This document shows, piece after piece, positions 10,752 through 20,280 of a stretch of 40,093 nt of DNA (position 1 is its first letter; each line of letters opens with the position of its first letter). A model generated the notes under the pieces. It saw only the letters and a program-made list of their open reading frames with translations, was not told the origin of the DNA and searched no databases. Position numbers and translations under genes: made by a program. Location of the stretch: IMG/VR virus record IMGVR_UViG_3300020352_000009, positions 1-40,093 of that record; one strand, 5' to 3'. Origin of the DNA: a virus (Duplodnaviria; Caudoviricetes).

Positions 10752-10952
10752 TTATCTTCTTTTTACAGACATACGTCTTCTTAACTCCTCGTACCTTTTA
10801 TGATCCTCTGGAGTAAATCTTTTAGTTTCTTCATCACCTCCCATCTCAGGAGAATTATTAACCTGTGGAGAAGAAAAAGGTGTAGACCTTACCTCATCCA
10901 TAGCTTTTGCTCTTTTGTACGAATTATATATTCCTAAGTTGTCTGAAATCAT
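10752..10952 (-). CDS. Small hypothetical protein
   Basis: 66 aa; fills the gap exactly with a stop/start overlap. Confidence 0.55.
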   Translation of the reverse strand: MISDNLGIYNSYKRAKAMDEVRSTPFSSPQVNNSPEMGGDEETKRFTPEDHKRYEELRRRMSVKRR

Positions 10953-11719
10953 TATACTGTAAAATTAGTATCAGGATATACATTATCATAAATCCCTCTT
11001 AAATAATTGCTTTCCCTCATTAATGCTTGTTGTTTTGTTTGGTAGGGTAATACAGAAGAAGCGTTGTTTACATTACCTGTATTTTGAGAAACATCAACGG
11101 GTGGTAGATAACCACTAGCAATAGTAGAACCAACAGTATTATTAGCACCACCCGAACCACCTAGATTATTCATATACTGATTAAACATAACAGCGTCTAA
11201 CCCCATTTGAGAGCCTGACTGAACACCACCCATAATATTTTGCATTCCTGCTCCTGTCATAGCCTCTGCTGCCGCCATAGTTTCTTGATAAGGTTGAGCT
11301 TGGTTATAATCAAACTGTTTATCTTTAAAACCTGCAACAACGCCTCTAGTGTTTTGCAAAGCCCTCTCATTAACCTGTCTTTGTTGAGCATCCATTGAAA
11401 GCATATTTCTATAAGCGTCAACCGCAGTTTGCTGAACACCTGCTAATCCTGCCAACCCTGCTTTTCTATCTCCCATAGCATCCAAAGAAGCCTGCTGAGA
11501 CCTCATAACATTATCAATATACTGTTGCTTTTGTTCTGCAGGCATACCTCTTAATGCTTGGATTTGAGCATCGGTTAAACTATCTAAAATCTCTTGAGGG
11601 ATTTCATAATTTGGTCTATCCATAGAGTTTCTCAACTGATTACCCTTTACAGCTTGGTAGATACCTGTCCCTGCTTGAATTGCTGCTGGTGCTAGTGTTA
11701 GTGCTAATGGTAGTGCCAT
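10952..11719 (-). CDS. Probable DNA ejection/pilot protein
   Basis: A/G/Q/M-rich with hydrophobic N-terminus MALPLALTLAPAAIQAGTGIYQA; directly follows the nozzle gene. Confidence 0.65.
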   Translation of the reverse strand: MALPLALTLAPAAIQAGTGIYQAVKGNQLRNSMDRPNYEIPQEILDSLTDAQIQALRGMPAEQKQQYIDNVMRSQQASLDAMGDRKAGLAGLAGVQQTAVDAYRNMLSMDAQQRQVNERALQNTRGVVAGFKDKQFDYNQAQPYQETMAAAEAMTGAGMQNIMGGVQSGSQMGLDAVMFNQYMNNLGGSGGANNTVGSTIASGYLPPVDVSQNTGNVNNASSVLPYQTKQQALMRESNYLRGIYDNVYPDTNFTV

Positions 11720-11753
11720 ATCTTTTTCTTTTTACTAATTTATGAAATATATA

Positions 11754-14700
11754 TTATCTATTACTTCTCTCCGACAATGAGTAATTAATACTCGCTGCGA
11801 ATAGTCTTTCTTCCTTAGTTGAGTCGTTTATTAATTTAACTAATATACTAACATCTCTCATTGAATCACCCTCTATTAATGGGTTATCTACATTAGGTGT
11901 GTTCTCGTCTTTCCAGAAAGGTGCGTAATGGATGTTTTCTTTACTATAAAGTGTGTGACCTTGACCATAAGCTACAGAGAAATCATCTTTAGTTAAATTA
12001 CTTCTCTGACCTCCTTGAGTAAATATATCTCTAACCTGCCACACAGAATCAGACTCCTCACTTAACGCTTGGAAGACTTTTACATTACTTGGGTTTTGAT
12101 TAAACACAGCCCAAACTTCACTACCCCTCTCCTCTCCGTAGAAGCTATTTCTCTTTGCGTTTGAGGTGTTATGCAGGTACGCTTGACCGTTTCTAAAACT
12201 TAAGAAGTCAACCCCTGCTCTTATCATACATTCTGGATCGTAAGAATAGAAAGATGTCCAATGACCCGTTTTCTCTGAGAACCCTAAAGTCTCGGCAGGA
12301 ATAGCCAACAACTTCTGCCTGTCTAGTGTTATATCACCTGCTACACTGTTTACTATAAATGTACCATTAGATAAATCTCTTACAATTTGGAACTCTGTTG
12401 GTACTCCTAGCTTATTAGCAGAGTAGAGAATATCAAAGGTAAATGTGAGACCATCCCTAGTTTCTGTAATCTGATCTGCTTGAGAAGCTACTAACGCTAG
12501 TTCATCAGGAGTAAAACCTTCCGGTCTGCTAACACTTCCAAAAGCAATAATGTATTCATCAAAATTCTCATCAAACACACCCCAAACTTCAGGAAGCAAA
12601 TTAAATGCTGAGTAAAAATTACTCTTACTCTCAAAGTATCCGTGCATTTTATTATCAGACAAAGGAGTGATACCATCATTTGATAGCCTCAACACCTTTC
12701 CATTTCTAACATCAAACCAATACCTTCTGCCTTCGTTTTCCACAAAGCTTTCAGGATTTAAAGTACCGTAGTCACCCTTGTAGTATATTATCTTAGATAA
12801 AACCCTAGAAGAAGAAGCTATAGTTCCTTTGTCAAATTGGTCAAAAATTACATTTTCCTCTACCAATATCTTTCCTGACTTTGTTTCTTGGTAGCAGTCT
12901 AACCTCTTGTCTTGAGAGAATAGTTTTTGAATAGAACCATACTTTCTGTCATAAGTCTCAAATGCGGTATCAAAGAAGCTGCTTAAGCCGTTTATATTCG
13001 TTTCTGGTATAAACCTATCAGAATAGTATATAGTTGTTATCCTGTTAACCCTCTTAGCGTTTTTATCTACAATATTAGGTCTCCCTATATCCGATATTTT
13101 AGACTGCCAAGAATCAGAGTACAGCTGACTATCTATATTTACATTGTAAATTTCTAAACCTGAATTTATAGACCTTTTTCTATAATAAGTGTCACCACCC
13201 CTTAAAGTACCCTTAGCAGGCGTGGAAGAAGGATTAAGAGGATCTTGATTTCCAGTACCACCCTCATGGTAATTAATAACATTACCATCGTCATCCGTGT
13301 GCTTTAAAACCCTAAAACACTCTCCTATTTCATAGTATATATTTTGAGAAGATTCTAACTTAGGTGTGTAAATTTCAAAAAACACACCAGAGCTTAAATC
13401 TAAGTCATCTATGTCATTTTTAACTCTTAGTATACCAGTCTCAAAAGATAAAATACTTAAATCTATATAATCATCAAAAAAGGTTTCACTACTATCTCTA
13501 ATTAACCTTATTCTGTCTCCAGGAGTGAAGTCGTAAACCAAAACAGAACCAGGGTTAGACGTTTTATATTCCTCCGTCAAATTAGTTATATCTAAAACAA
13601 TAATACCAGCATCGTTAAAACTAGTACCGCCATCCTCATAAGTAACTTCACTTGTATACCATTGTAAATATTTACTTGAAGAAGTGTTTTCTGTTCTAAC
13701 AATCTGATAATGAGTAGCCCAATCAGGGGCTAAGTTTTTTATTTCCCAACTTACAATTGGAGCTGTTTTTATTGTTTCTGAGCCTTCTGTATAAAAAGGC
13801 AAAGACAACTCTATCCCGGGATTTGTAACACCACTCCTGTTAGCTCTATCGTAGTAAACAATACCAAAGCTATATACGCCCCCGTTTTTTAATCTAGAAT
13901 TAGAAGCAGAAATCTCAGTTGAATAAACAAAAGCATCTAACTCGGTTGTGTCTTCGTCGTTTAATAAATCCTTACCTATAAACAAACCTTTACTCCTAAT
14001 AAACGGCTCAAAAGAGCCACTTTCGGTTTTTGGTAAAACAGGAATAAAAGTTAAAAAAGACTCACCTCCTCCAGGTGCTAACGCAGTTGTGTAGTCATAA
14101 ACTATAAAAGTAGCCTTACCCCCTGTTTTTGTTTCTTGAGTATCACCACGAACACTAACTACAGAAACACCCTCTACAGGTTCTCCCGTAGGTGTTATGA
14201 CATCCACAGTAAGTTTAGTTCTTGAAAAGTTTTTTATGTCTGTGTTTTTGTTAGGCACTAAAAACAAAAAAGTTCGACTTCCTGTTCCTGTGGCAACAGG
14301 GAAAACTAAGTCTGTACTAGTAGTGGTTAAATCTATAACCGATTGAAAGCTTTGTGTTTCATATTGATAAGCACCCACTTCTATATTTCTAATTCCCGAA
14401 GCCCCTACGCCATTTATATTTGTGCAAAAATAAAAACCATTATGGTCTGCCACTTGAGTAAGAGTGCCTCTTGAGTTTCTACCCGTAGAATAAAAAACGA
14501 CAGCGTTTTCTATTCTTTTTTGACCTAAAGCATCAGCCACGCTAGTTGGGGTGTAAACACTATCATCCTCGTTTATAAAATCACAAACATAACCAGCTAT
14601 ATTATCAATTTTAGCAGATATTTTTGGCACTGACAAATCAGCAATAACAATTTCTATATCTTCAACCGTTACACCATCTTTAACAGTTATCTTAAATTCT

Positions 14701-16310
14701 TTTTTATCAAAAGCTTGATAGCTTCCATACGCTGATCCCCTCGTTGAGCCTTTGTTTATTGAATTTACATACGTTGATGTTCTTTGGTAGGCTCGATTAG
14801 CAAAGTCCGCAGATGTTGTAAGGTGAGAAGCAACCCTTAATATATAAGTTCCATCAGGAACGTCATCAATCTCAAAAGTAGAATAAGCTCCAGAGCTTCC
14901 GTGAGGAGTGTCTCCACTGTTTTCTATAGCCGACCTTATGGCTTTTTTAGCCCCAGAAGAGTCGCCTACATATATGTTTTTTGTTCCTTCTTGGTATCTA
15001 ACATAGTTAAATTTAGCCTTTACTTGTTTAGACACGCCAAAAAAATCTGTACCTGCCAAATACACCACAAAGCCACCCAGAGGGATTTGCTGATGATAAT
15101 TATAAATCATTCCAGAGGAGGTAACTCTTCGGGAATTGTTGTAACCACCAAAAACAGGAATCTCATTACGTGAATCTTTACGTATAACCTGATTCATTCC
15201 GTATTCGTCATTATAAGATAGGTTAGGGTTGGAAATCCTAACAAACCCTTTTATTTTGTTTTTAGAAGTGGAAAGACCTTTTTCATAATCTACCTTCAAG
15301 CCTAAATCAACGTCAACATTATCATAACCCTCTGTTATATTTCCATAAGTTATTCTGTTTCCCTCTATGTATTCTTGAGCTTTGGCAATTTGAGGAAGAG
15401 AATCAAAAAGCTTATTAGACTTTGGCAAAGATATACTATTGTAATACTTATCATTTTTAAAATCATAAATGTAATTACTTTCACGATCTCTTTCATAATC
15501 ATCAGAGTCTTGGTCTACAACCTGAACAAAATCACCTATATTACCAAACCTAACAGCCAAAATAACTCTCTCTACAAGAGAGCCGCCTCTAGGCACTGTT
15601 ACACGAATAACATTTGAGCTATCAGGAATAGCCTGAACAGATATGGGGGAATAGGCACTTTCTTCTTTATCGTCATAAACATAAGCAGCCTTAAACTGAA
15701 CAATCTTGTCAATTAAATAATTAACTTTTTGTTCTGGGTCTGTAATATACTCAAAAGTAGGAGGGAATAAAGGAGGGTATTTAATAGCGTCTATAATATC
15801 TTCGGTTAGAGTACCAGGGTAAGTTTTTTCTCCTAAAGGGGTTAACTTCGTTTTTGGTCTTGCTGTTTCTATATTTATTTTACGAGGAGGGTTAAAGCCA
15901 TCAGTGAAATATAATAAATGATTGTCCTTATCAAACTCTACTACATTATGTCCAGTTATTAATTTATCAGGCTGAAAGTTAAAAAGACTTGTAATCATAA
16001 TCTTATTAATCTTTCCCTCTACGTGGTTATACTCAAATATACCGTGATTGCTTTCTGAGTTATAAACGAAGTAATAACTTAAGTCTCTTAATTTATCCCA
16101 ACATGATCCTATAACCTTATTAGTACCTGATGGTAGTTCTGTATTTGGTATAAATGTGTTACCTTGAATGTTTTCCGCAGAGTAAACTCCACTATCAGTA
16201 GAAGAGCCAATCCTTACATTAACATTTTTTCTAGAAAAACCAGGTTGTATTAATCTCTCTTCGGTATCTAAATCCATACCGTATAAAAACTGTCTCTTCT
16301 CGTAACCCAT
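11754..16310 (-). CDS. Tail nozzle/stabilization protein (P22 gp10-like, crAss muzzle-like) with a large insertion
   Basis: 1518 aa beta-rich; segments LLYFTDGFNPPRKIN, GNRITYGNITEGYD, YSFGIVYYDRANR, YGSIQKL, YWFDVRNGKVLRLSNDGITPLS, WTSFYSYDPE. Confidence 0.8.
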   Translation of the reverse strand: MGYEKRQFLYGMDLDTEERLIQPGFSRKNVNVRIGSSTDSGVYSAENIQGNTFIPNTELPSGTNKVIGSCWDKLRDLSYYFVYNSESNHGIFEYNHVEGKINKIMITSLFNFQPDKLITGHNVVEFDKDNHLLYFTDGFNPPRKINIETARPKTKLTPLGEKTYPGTLTEDIIDAIKYPPLFPPTFEYITDPEQKVNYLIDKIVQFKAAYVYDDKEESAYSPISVQAIPDSSNVIRVTVPRGGSLVERVILAVRFGNIGDFVQVVDQDSDDYERDRESNYIYDFKNDKYYNSISLPKSNKLFDSLPQIAKAQEYIEGNRITYGNITEGYDNVDVDLGLKVDYEKGLSTSKNKIKGFVRISNPNLSYNDEYGMNQVIRKDSRNEIPVFGGYNNSRRVTSSGMIYNYHQQIPLGGFVVYLAGTDFFGVSKQVKAKFNYVRYQEGTKNIYVGDSSGAKKAIRSAIENSGDTPHGSSGAYSTFEIDDVPDGTYILRVASHLTTSADFANRAYQRTSTYVNSINKGSTRGSAYGSYQAFDKKEFKITVKDGVTVEDIEIVIADLSVPKISAKIDNIAGYVCDFINEDDSVYTPTSVADALGQKRIENAVVFYSTGRNSRGTLTQVADHNGFYFCTNINGVGASGIRNIEVGAYQYETQSFQSVIDLTTTSTDLVFPVATGTGSRTFLFLVPNKNTDIKNFSRTKLTVDVITPTGEPVEGVSVVSVRGDTQETKTGGKATFIVYDYTTALAPGGGESFLTFIPVLPKTESGSFEPFIRSKGLFIGKDLLNDEDTTELDAFVYSTEISASNSRLKNGGVYSFGIVYYDRANRSGVTNPGIELSLPFYTEGSETIKTAPIVSWEIKNLAPDWATHYQIVRTENTSSSKYLQWYTSEVTYEDGGTSFNDAGIIVLDITNLTEEYKTSNPGSVLVYDFTPGDRIRLIRDSSETFFDDYIDLSILSFETGILRVKNDIDDLDLSSGVFFEIYTPKLESSQNIYYEIGECFRVLKHTDDDGNVINYHEGGTGNQDPLNPSSTPAKGTLRGGDTYYRKRSINSGLEIYNVNIDSQLYSDSWQSKISDIGRPNIVDKNAKRVNRITTIYYSDRFIPETNINGLSSFFDTAFETYDRKYGSIQKLFSQDKRLDCYQETKSGKILVEENVIFDQFDKGTIASSSRVLSKIIYYKGDYGTLNPESFVENEGRRYWFDVRNGKVLRLSNDGITPLSDNKMHGYFESKSNFYSAFNLLPEVWGVFDENFDEYIIAFGSVSRPEGFTPDELALVASQADQITETRDGLTFTFDILYSANKLGVPTEFQIVRDLSNGTFIVNSVAGDITLDRQKLLAIPAETLGFSEKTGHWTSFYSYDPECMIRAGVDFLSFRNGQAYLHNTSNAKRNSFYGEERGSEVWAVFNQNPSNVKVFQALSEESDSVWQVRDIFTQGGQRSNLTKDDFSVAYGQGHTLYSKENIHYAPFWKDENTPNVDNPLIEGDSMRDVSILVKLINDSTKEERLFAASINYSLSERSNR

Positions 16311-16313
16311 TTT

Positions 16314-17075
16314 TTAAAATTTAGGTGATGCTTTATTACCTTTTCTAAATGCCTGCAAGATGTCCTGAACACTCATAGATGACATCCTAGACCTTAACAA
16401 TTTTTTATTACCACCATAAAGCTGTCTTTTTCTTTCTGACACGCCCGCTCCAATGTTAGCGTTATTCTCAGTAAACTTCCAATCTATCCAAGATTTTATA
16501 GTTTCAACAGCAAAAGGATGTACAGTAAACTCTCCGTTTGTTTTGTTAGGGTCTGCTAAATATTCTAAAGTGATAGTAGAACCACCCCTATATTTGTCTA
16601 ACTGAATCTGCTGGTAGTTTTTATCTATTTTAAAACAACCATTAGAATTTCCTCCACCACCTAAACCATAGTATCTTCCTACGTTTTCACCATTTGTATA
16701 ATGAACCGAAGAATACTCGACATTACCAATATTATAATTACTAGAAGAGGCGTTATCATCCGAACTTTTCTTTCTTGCAATTCTTTTCCCACAATCGTTT
16801 AAGGTTCTATTTAAAGCTATACCATCATTAACGCCTATCTCCCTAAAGTATCCGTGCGAATCTGTAAAACCTATACGTATATAGTTCAAGTAGTCATCAG
16901 GAAGGTCTACGGTGTCTATCTCAGAAACCGTAAGTTCTTTTACAACTGGAGTCCCTATAACGTCGTAATGAAGCTCTCTTAAGCACGCTATGCCTAATTG
17001 AAGTGCTTGGACAAACCTGTGTTCTGTTCTACCCGTTTCTATTAAAAACTCCCTAACTACTTTTTCTAGTTCCAT
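16314..17075 (-). CDS. Tail ring/tubular protein
   Basis: 253 aa; VDLPDDYLNYIRIG and TLEYLAD..HPFAVETI patterns; precedes the nozzle gene. Confidence 0.7.
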   Translation of the reverse strand: MELEKVVREFLIETGRTEHRFVQALQLGIACLRELHYDVIGTPVVKELTVSEIDTVDLPDDYLNYIRIGFTDSHGYFREIGVNDGIALNRTLNDCGKRIARKKSSDDNASSSNYNIGNVEYSSVHYTNGENVGRYYGLGGGGNSNGCFKIDKNYQQIQLDKYRGGSTITLEYLADPNKTNGEFTVHPFAVETIKSWIDWKFTENNANIGAGVSERKRQLYGGNKKLLRSRMSSMSVQDILQAFRKGNKASPKF

Positions 17076-17704
17076 TAAGCTTTATTATTATCGTTTATAT
17101 CATCTTTAGGAATCTGTCTCTGCTTCATATAAAGCTCTACCGTAAAACCAACTAAAGCTTGTTGCATATCTAAAGGAATGTCAACCTCTGGGTCTATCTC
17201 TTCAGACTGAATACCACCTGCTAGTTTTATTAAAATATTATCAACACAATCTGAAGATTTCAAATTAATAAAATACATCTTGGTGTTTTCTACAAAATAA
17301 GCTCTTCTTCCTGCTAGTTTATTAACCAACAATCCCCTAGATAAACCTAAGAAGTTTGGGTTGGTAGGAACAAAAGTGTCAAACTCTGAAGTAACATTAG
17401 AAACCTGAACTATACCCATTCCTAAAGGAAGACCAACATAGGTAGAGGGTATTTTTATATACTTCATACCCCTATACTTATCCTCCTTTACTTTTTCTAC
17501 AAAGCTATATACAAAACCACCGTCTATCCAACTAACGCCCTCTGCTTTATTCTGATAAAAGCTTTGTTTTACCATCTGACCAAAAGCTTGATCAACATAA
17601 ATCATTAACTCATCTTTTCTAACTTCAGAGTCTGCAGTAGGTGTTCCTCCCTCTATAATTCTTTGTGCTTGCTCAGCTATTATTTCCCTAGTATCTCTTG
17701 TCAT
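17075..17704 (-). CDS. Tail ring/tubular protein
   Basis: 209 aa in the ring cluster; DIPLDMQQAL..IPKDDINDN C-terminus. Confidence 0.65.
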   Translation of the reverse strand: MTRDTREIIAEQAQRIIEGGTPTADSEVRKDELMIYVDQAFGQMVKQSFYQNKAEGVSWIDGGFVYSFVEKVKEDKYRGMKYIKIPSTYVGLPLGMGIVQVSNVTSEFDTFVPTNPNFLGLSRGLLVNKLAGRRAYFVENTKMYFINLKSSDCVDNILIKLAGGIQSEEIDPEVDIPLDMQQALVGFTVELYMKQRQIPKDDINDNNKA

Positions 17705-17716
17705 TTTATAAATGTG

Positions 17717-18415
17717 TTACACTCCTTGTTGTTTCATTTGTTCGGCATACTGAATCAATTGAGGCTCTCTTAGGTTAATACCCAAGTAAGAGGCGCACAT
17801 CATAACAATTTCATTAACAACCTCATCTGGAGCTTCTAAATCAATAGAATTAGTAGAATCATAAACAGGTCTTCCGTTTACCAATGTAAAAGCCCAATAA
17901 GGGGTAATAGGTTGTCTTAAGTAGGTAAAATCAACAACACCTATATTTTTTGGATATATCTGTATGTGGTCTTTATAAAAAGCAGCTATAACGTATTTTT
18001 TAGACTTTATTCTTTTTGCATAAATACTAGAACCTAAAAATGAAGAAATCTCGTTATCGTCAACAATATCAACCATACTAGGCATAACAACAGTCTCCCC
18101 ATCCTCCTCAAACTTATAATTGTAAACCAAACTCGAAAGGTGTAGATAGTCGTTAGGCAAAGAAAGTTTACCGTCAGTACCGATAGAAGAAAACTCTTTT
18201 CTTACTAATAAAAACTTGAGATCGTCTGTTACTTTTTGATTTTTCTGCCAACCTGTTTTTACCTGATTAACGTCTTTCAGGTTGTTATACCTTTTCATCG
18301 TCCACTCAGAAAAAGCCCTATCTATAGATAAGTTAAACTCTTTAGGGGTGATATTTCCAGATTGGTCTTTATCAGCTAAATACTTTAAGAAGTCGTATAC
18401 CTTATTTATATCCAT
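17717..18415 (-). CDS. Head-tail adaptor/ring protein
   Basis: 232 aa; DKDQSGNITPKEFN N-terminus, LPNDYLHL, YLRQP. Confidence 0.7.
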   Translation of the reverse strand: MDINKVYDFLKYLADKDQSGNITPKEFNLSIDRAFSEWTMKRYNNLKDVNQVKTGWQKNQKVTDDLKFLLVRKEFSSIGTDGKLSLPNDYLHLSSLVYNYKFEEDGETVVMPSMVDIVDDNEISSFLGSSIYAKRIKSKKYVIAAFYKDHIQIYPKNIGVVDFTYLRQPITPYWAFTLVNGRPVYDSTNSIDLEAPDEVVNEIVMMCASYLGINLREPQLIQYAEQMKQQGV

Positions 18416-20280
18416 TAAGCACCATATTTAACAAGTCTAACGCTTCTGATAGAAATGTCTCCAGCAGAAGAAGATGTCATAGAATTAATCTTTAAATCGT
18501 AACTATTAGACGTAAAATCTAAAGAAGAAATAGAGTCATACTCTAACTCAGGATTATTACCACCTAAAGTTAAAACACCATCACCAATAAGACCTGTGTT
18601 TGAAATATTAAACAGCGTAACCCTTGCTTTGAACAAAACATTATTAGGAGAAGTTAAAACTGTATTATTTAAAATAGTAGTAGCTCCAAACATAATAAAA
18701 AGACCCTTAGCGTTGGAGTTGCCAGCGAAATACCCACTAATTTCCAACTCTAAACTTTCTCCTGTTAAAAAAGTGTTAGGGTTTATTGTGTATGTGTAAG
18801 CCGTCTCTGTCCCGGTAGTAGAGTTAAATATAGTTAAGTCTGTGTCTAAAGTGGAAGCATAAGCGTTAGAAACCCAAGACCTAACTCCTGCGGTTGTAGA
18901 AGAAAGTATATAGCCGTTAGCACCAGGGTTACCCAATACAGGTTCTTTCGTAGCTAAATCTGTCGTGTCTACCAAATTAACACCTGCCGTATCTCTTAGA
19001 GTAACAACAGACCAAGAAGAAGAAGAAGATATATAGGTAGCTTTTAAGCTTACATTCTCTCCCCCTATTTGAGCCTCTGTTAGTGCGATTCCAAATATAG
19101 TGACATTGTTTTGAGCTGTAGAAAATGTTGCTTTGTAGTCAACAATAAATGTGTCACCATCTATAGGTGAACCCCCTAGGTTGTAACTCCAAGAACCTGT
19201 TAAAGTACCCGTTCCTGTAAGAACTATATGACCTTTATCAACGCCCGGTTGAACAGTCACAGAACCTCCTCCAACTGTTAAGGTGGTAGCCTGAACGCCT
19301 TGTATAGGAGTTGAAATACTAGCTGATCTCAATGAAGCAACCGATAAGTTGTTCCCTGGGCTTCTAGATATTTCGTACCATTTATTATCAGACGTACTAT
19401 ACTGAAGAAGTATAGCGTAATCTTTTGTCGCTGTAAGAAAATCAGCATTATTAGCTAACTCTATGTTACCACCCTCTTTTACAGTAGTAACTTTAGCAGA
19501 TTCCTTACCTCTTATAATAACGACATCTCCATCGTTAAATATTCCTGCATCTATTGCTGTTAAATCATCTGCGGCTATAGCACCTTCGGTTTGAACACTA
19601 ACAACAGTTGTAGCTCCGTCTCTAGGTAAAGAAATACTTCCCGAAGAAATTTGAACATCTCTTATAGAATAAGGAGAACTAGCAGCTTTTCTTAAGACAC
19701 CCGATGTAATATCTGTTGCGCCAACTAAAGTTCCAAAAGCAGCAGTGGCAGAAGAGTTTAAATACATCTTATACCCCAACTGAGGATCAACCTCGTCAGA
19801 AGGATAAGCACCACCATCTAAGCTAGTAGCTGTTATTGTTGTAGCTCCCGTAAATGACAAACCTGCAGCTGTCCCGTTTAAAGAACTTCCCTTGTCTGCT
19901 TCTAGCGAAACAATAACATTACTTCCTGAAGCTACAGCAGTATACTCTGGAGTGCTAACATGAGAATTTATAGCCGATGCTAAATTAGTAGCCACATCTG
20001 CTGTAGTAGCCCCCGTTATAGGGCTTGCGGTATTAAAAACAGAAACTCCATTGTAGGATAAGTTTGTAATAGTGCCACCTGCAGCAGTTACAGAGACGGT
20101 TGAAACAGCAGCAATATTAGAGCTTAATGTTGATGAAACAATCATCTGTCTCTCGGCTGAATCCCTTCCTTCTTTATTATTAAAAAACTGAAGAGCTGTA
20201 ATTAACGTGTCACTAGCATCAGTAAGGTAAATTTTACCCGAACCTGAACCTAGTTTTGATAACTCTGAACTAACTGACAT
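18415..20280 (-). CDS. Tail fibre/appendage structural protein
   Basis: 621 aa S/T/G/A-rich multidomain protein; fibre-like GANGYILSSTTAGVRSW. Confidence 0.65.
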   Translation of the reverse strand: MSVSSELSKLGSGSGKIYLTDASDTLITALQFFNNKEGRDSAERQMIVSSTLSSNIAAVSTVSVTAAGGTITNLSYNGVSVFNTASPITGATTADVATNLASAINSHVSTPEYTAVASGSNVIVSLEADKGSSLNGTAAGLSFTGATTITATSLDGGAYPSDEVDPQLGYKMYLNSSATAAFGTLVGATDITSGVLRKAASSPYSIRDVQISSGSISLPRDGATTVVSVQTEGAIAADDLTAIDAGIFNDGDVVIIRGKESAKVTTVKEGGNIELANNADFLTATKDYAILLQYSTSDNKWYEISRSPGNNLSVASLRSASISTPIQGVQATTLTVGGGSVTVQPGVDKGHIVLTGTGTLTGSWSYNLGGSPIDGDTFIVDYKATFSTAQNNVTIFGIALTEAQIGGENVSLKATYISSSSSWSVVTLRDTAGVNLVDTTDLATKEPVLGNPGANGYILSSTTAGVRSWVSNAYASTLDTDLTIFNSTTGTETAYTYTINPNTFLTGESLELEISGYFAGNSNAKGLFIMFGATTILNNTVLTSPNNVLFKARVTLFNISNTGLIGDGVLTLGGNNPELEYDSISSLDFTSNSYDLKINSMTSSSAGDISIRSVRLVKYGA

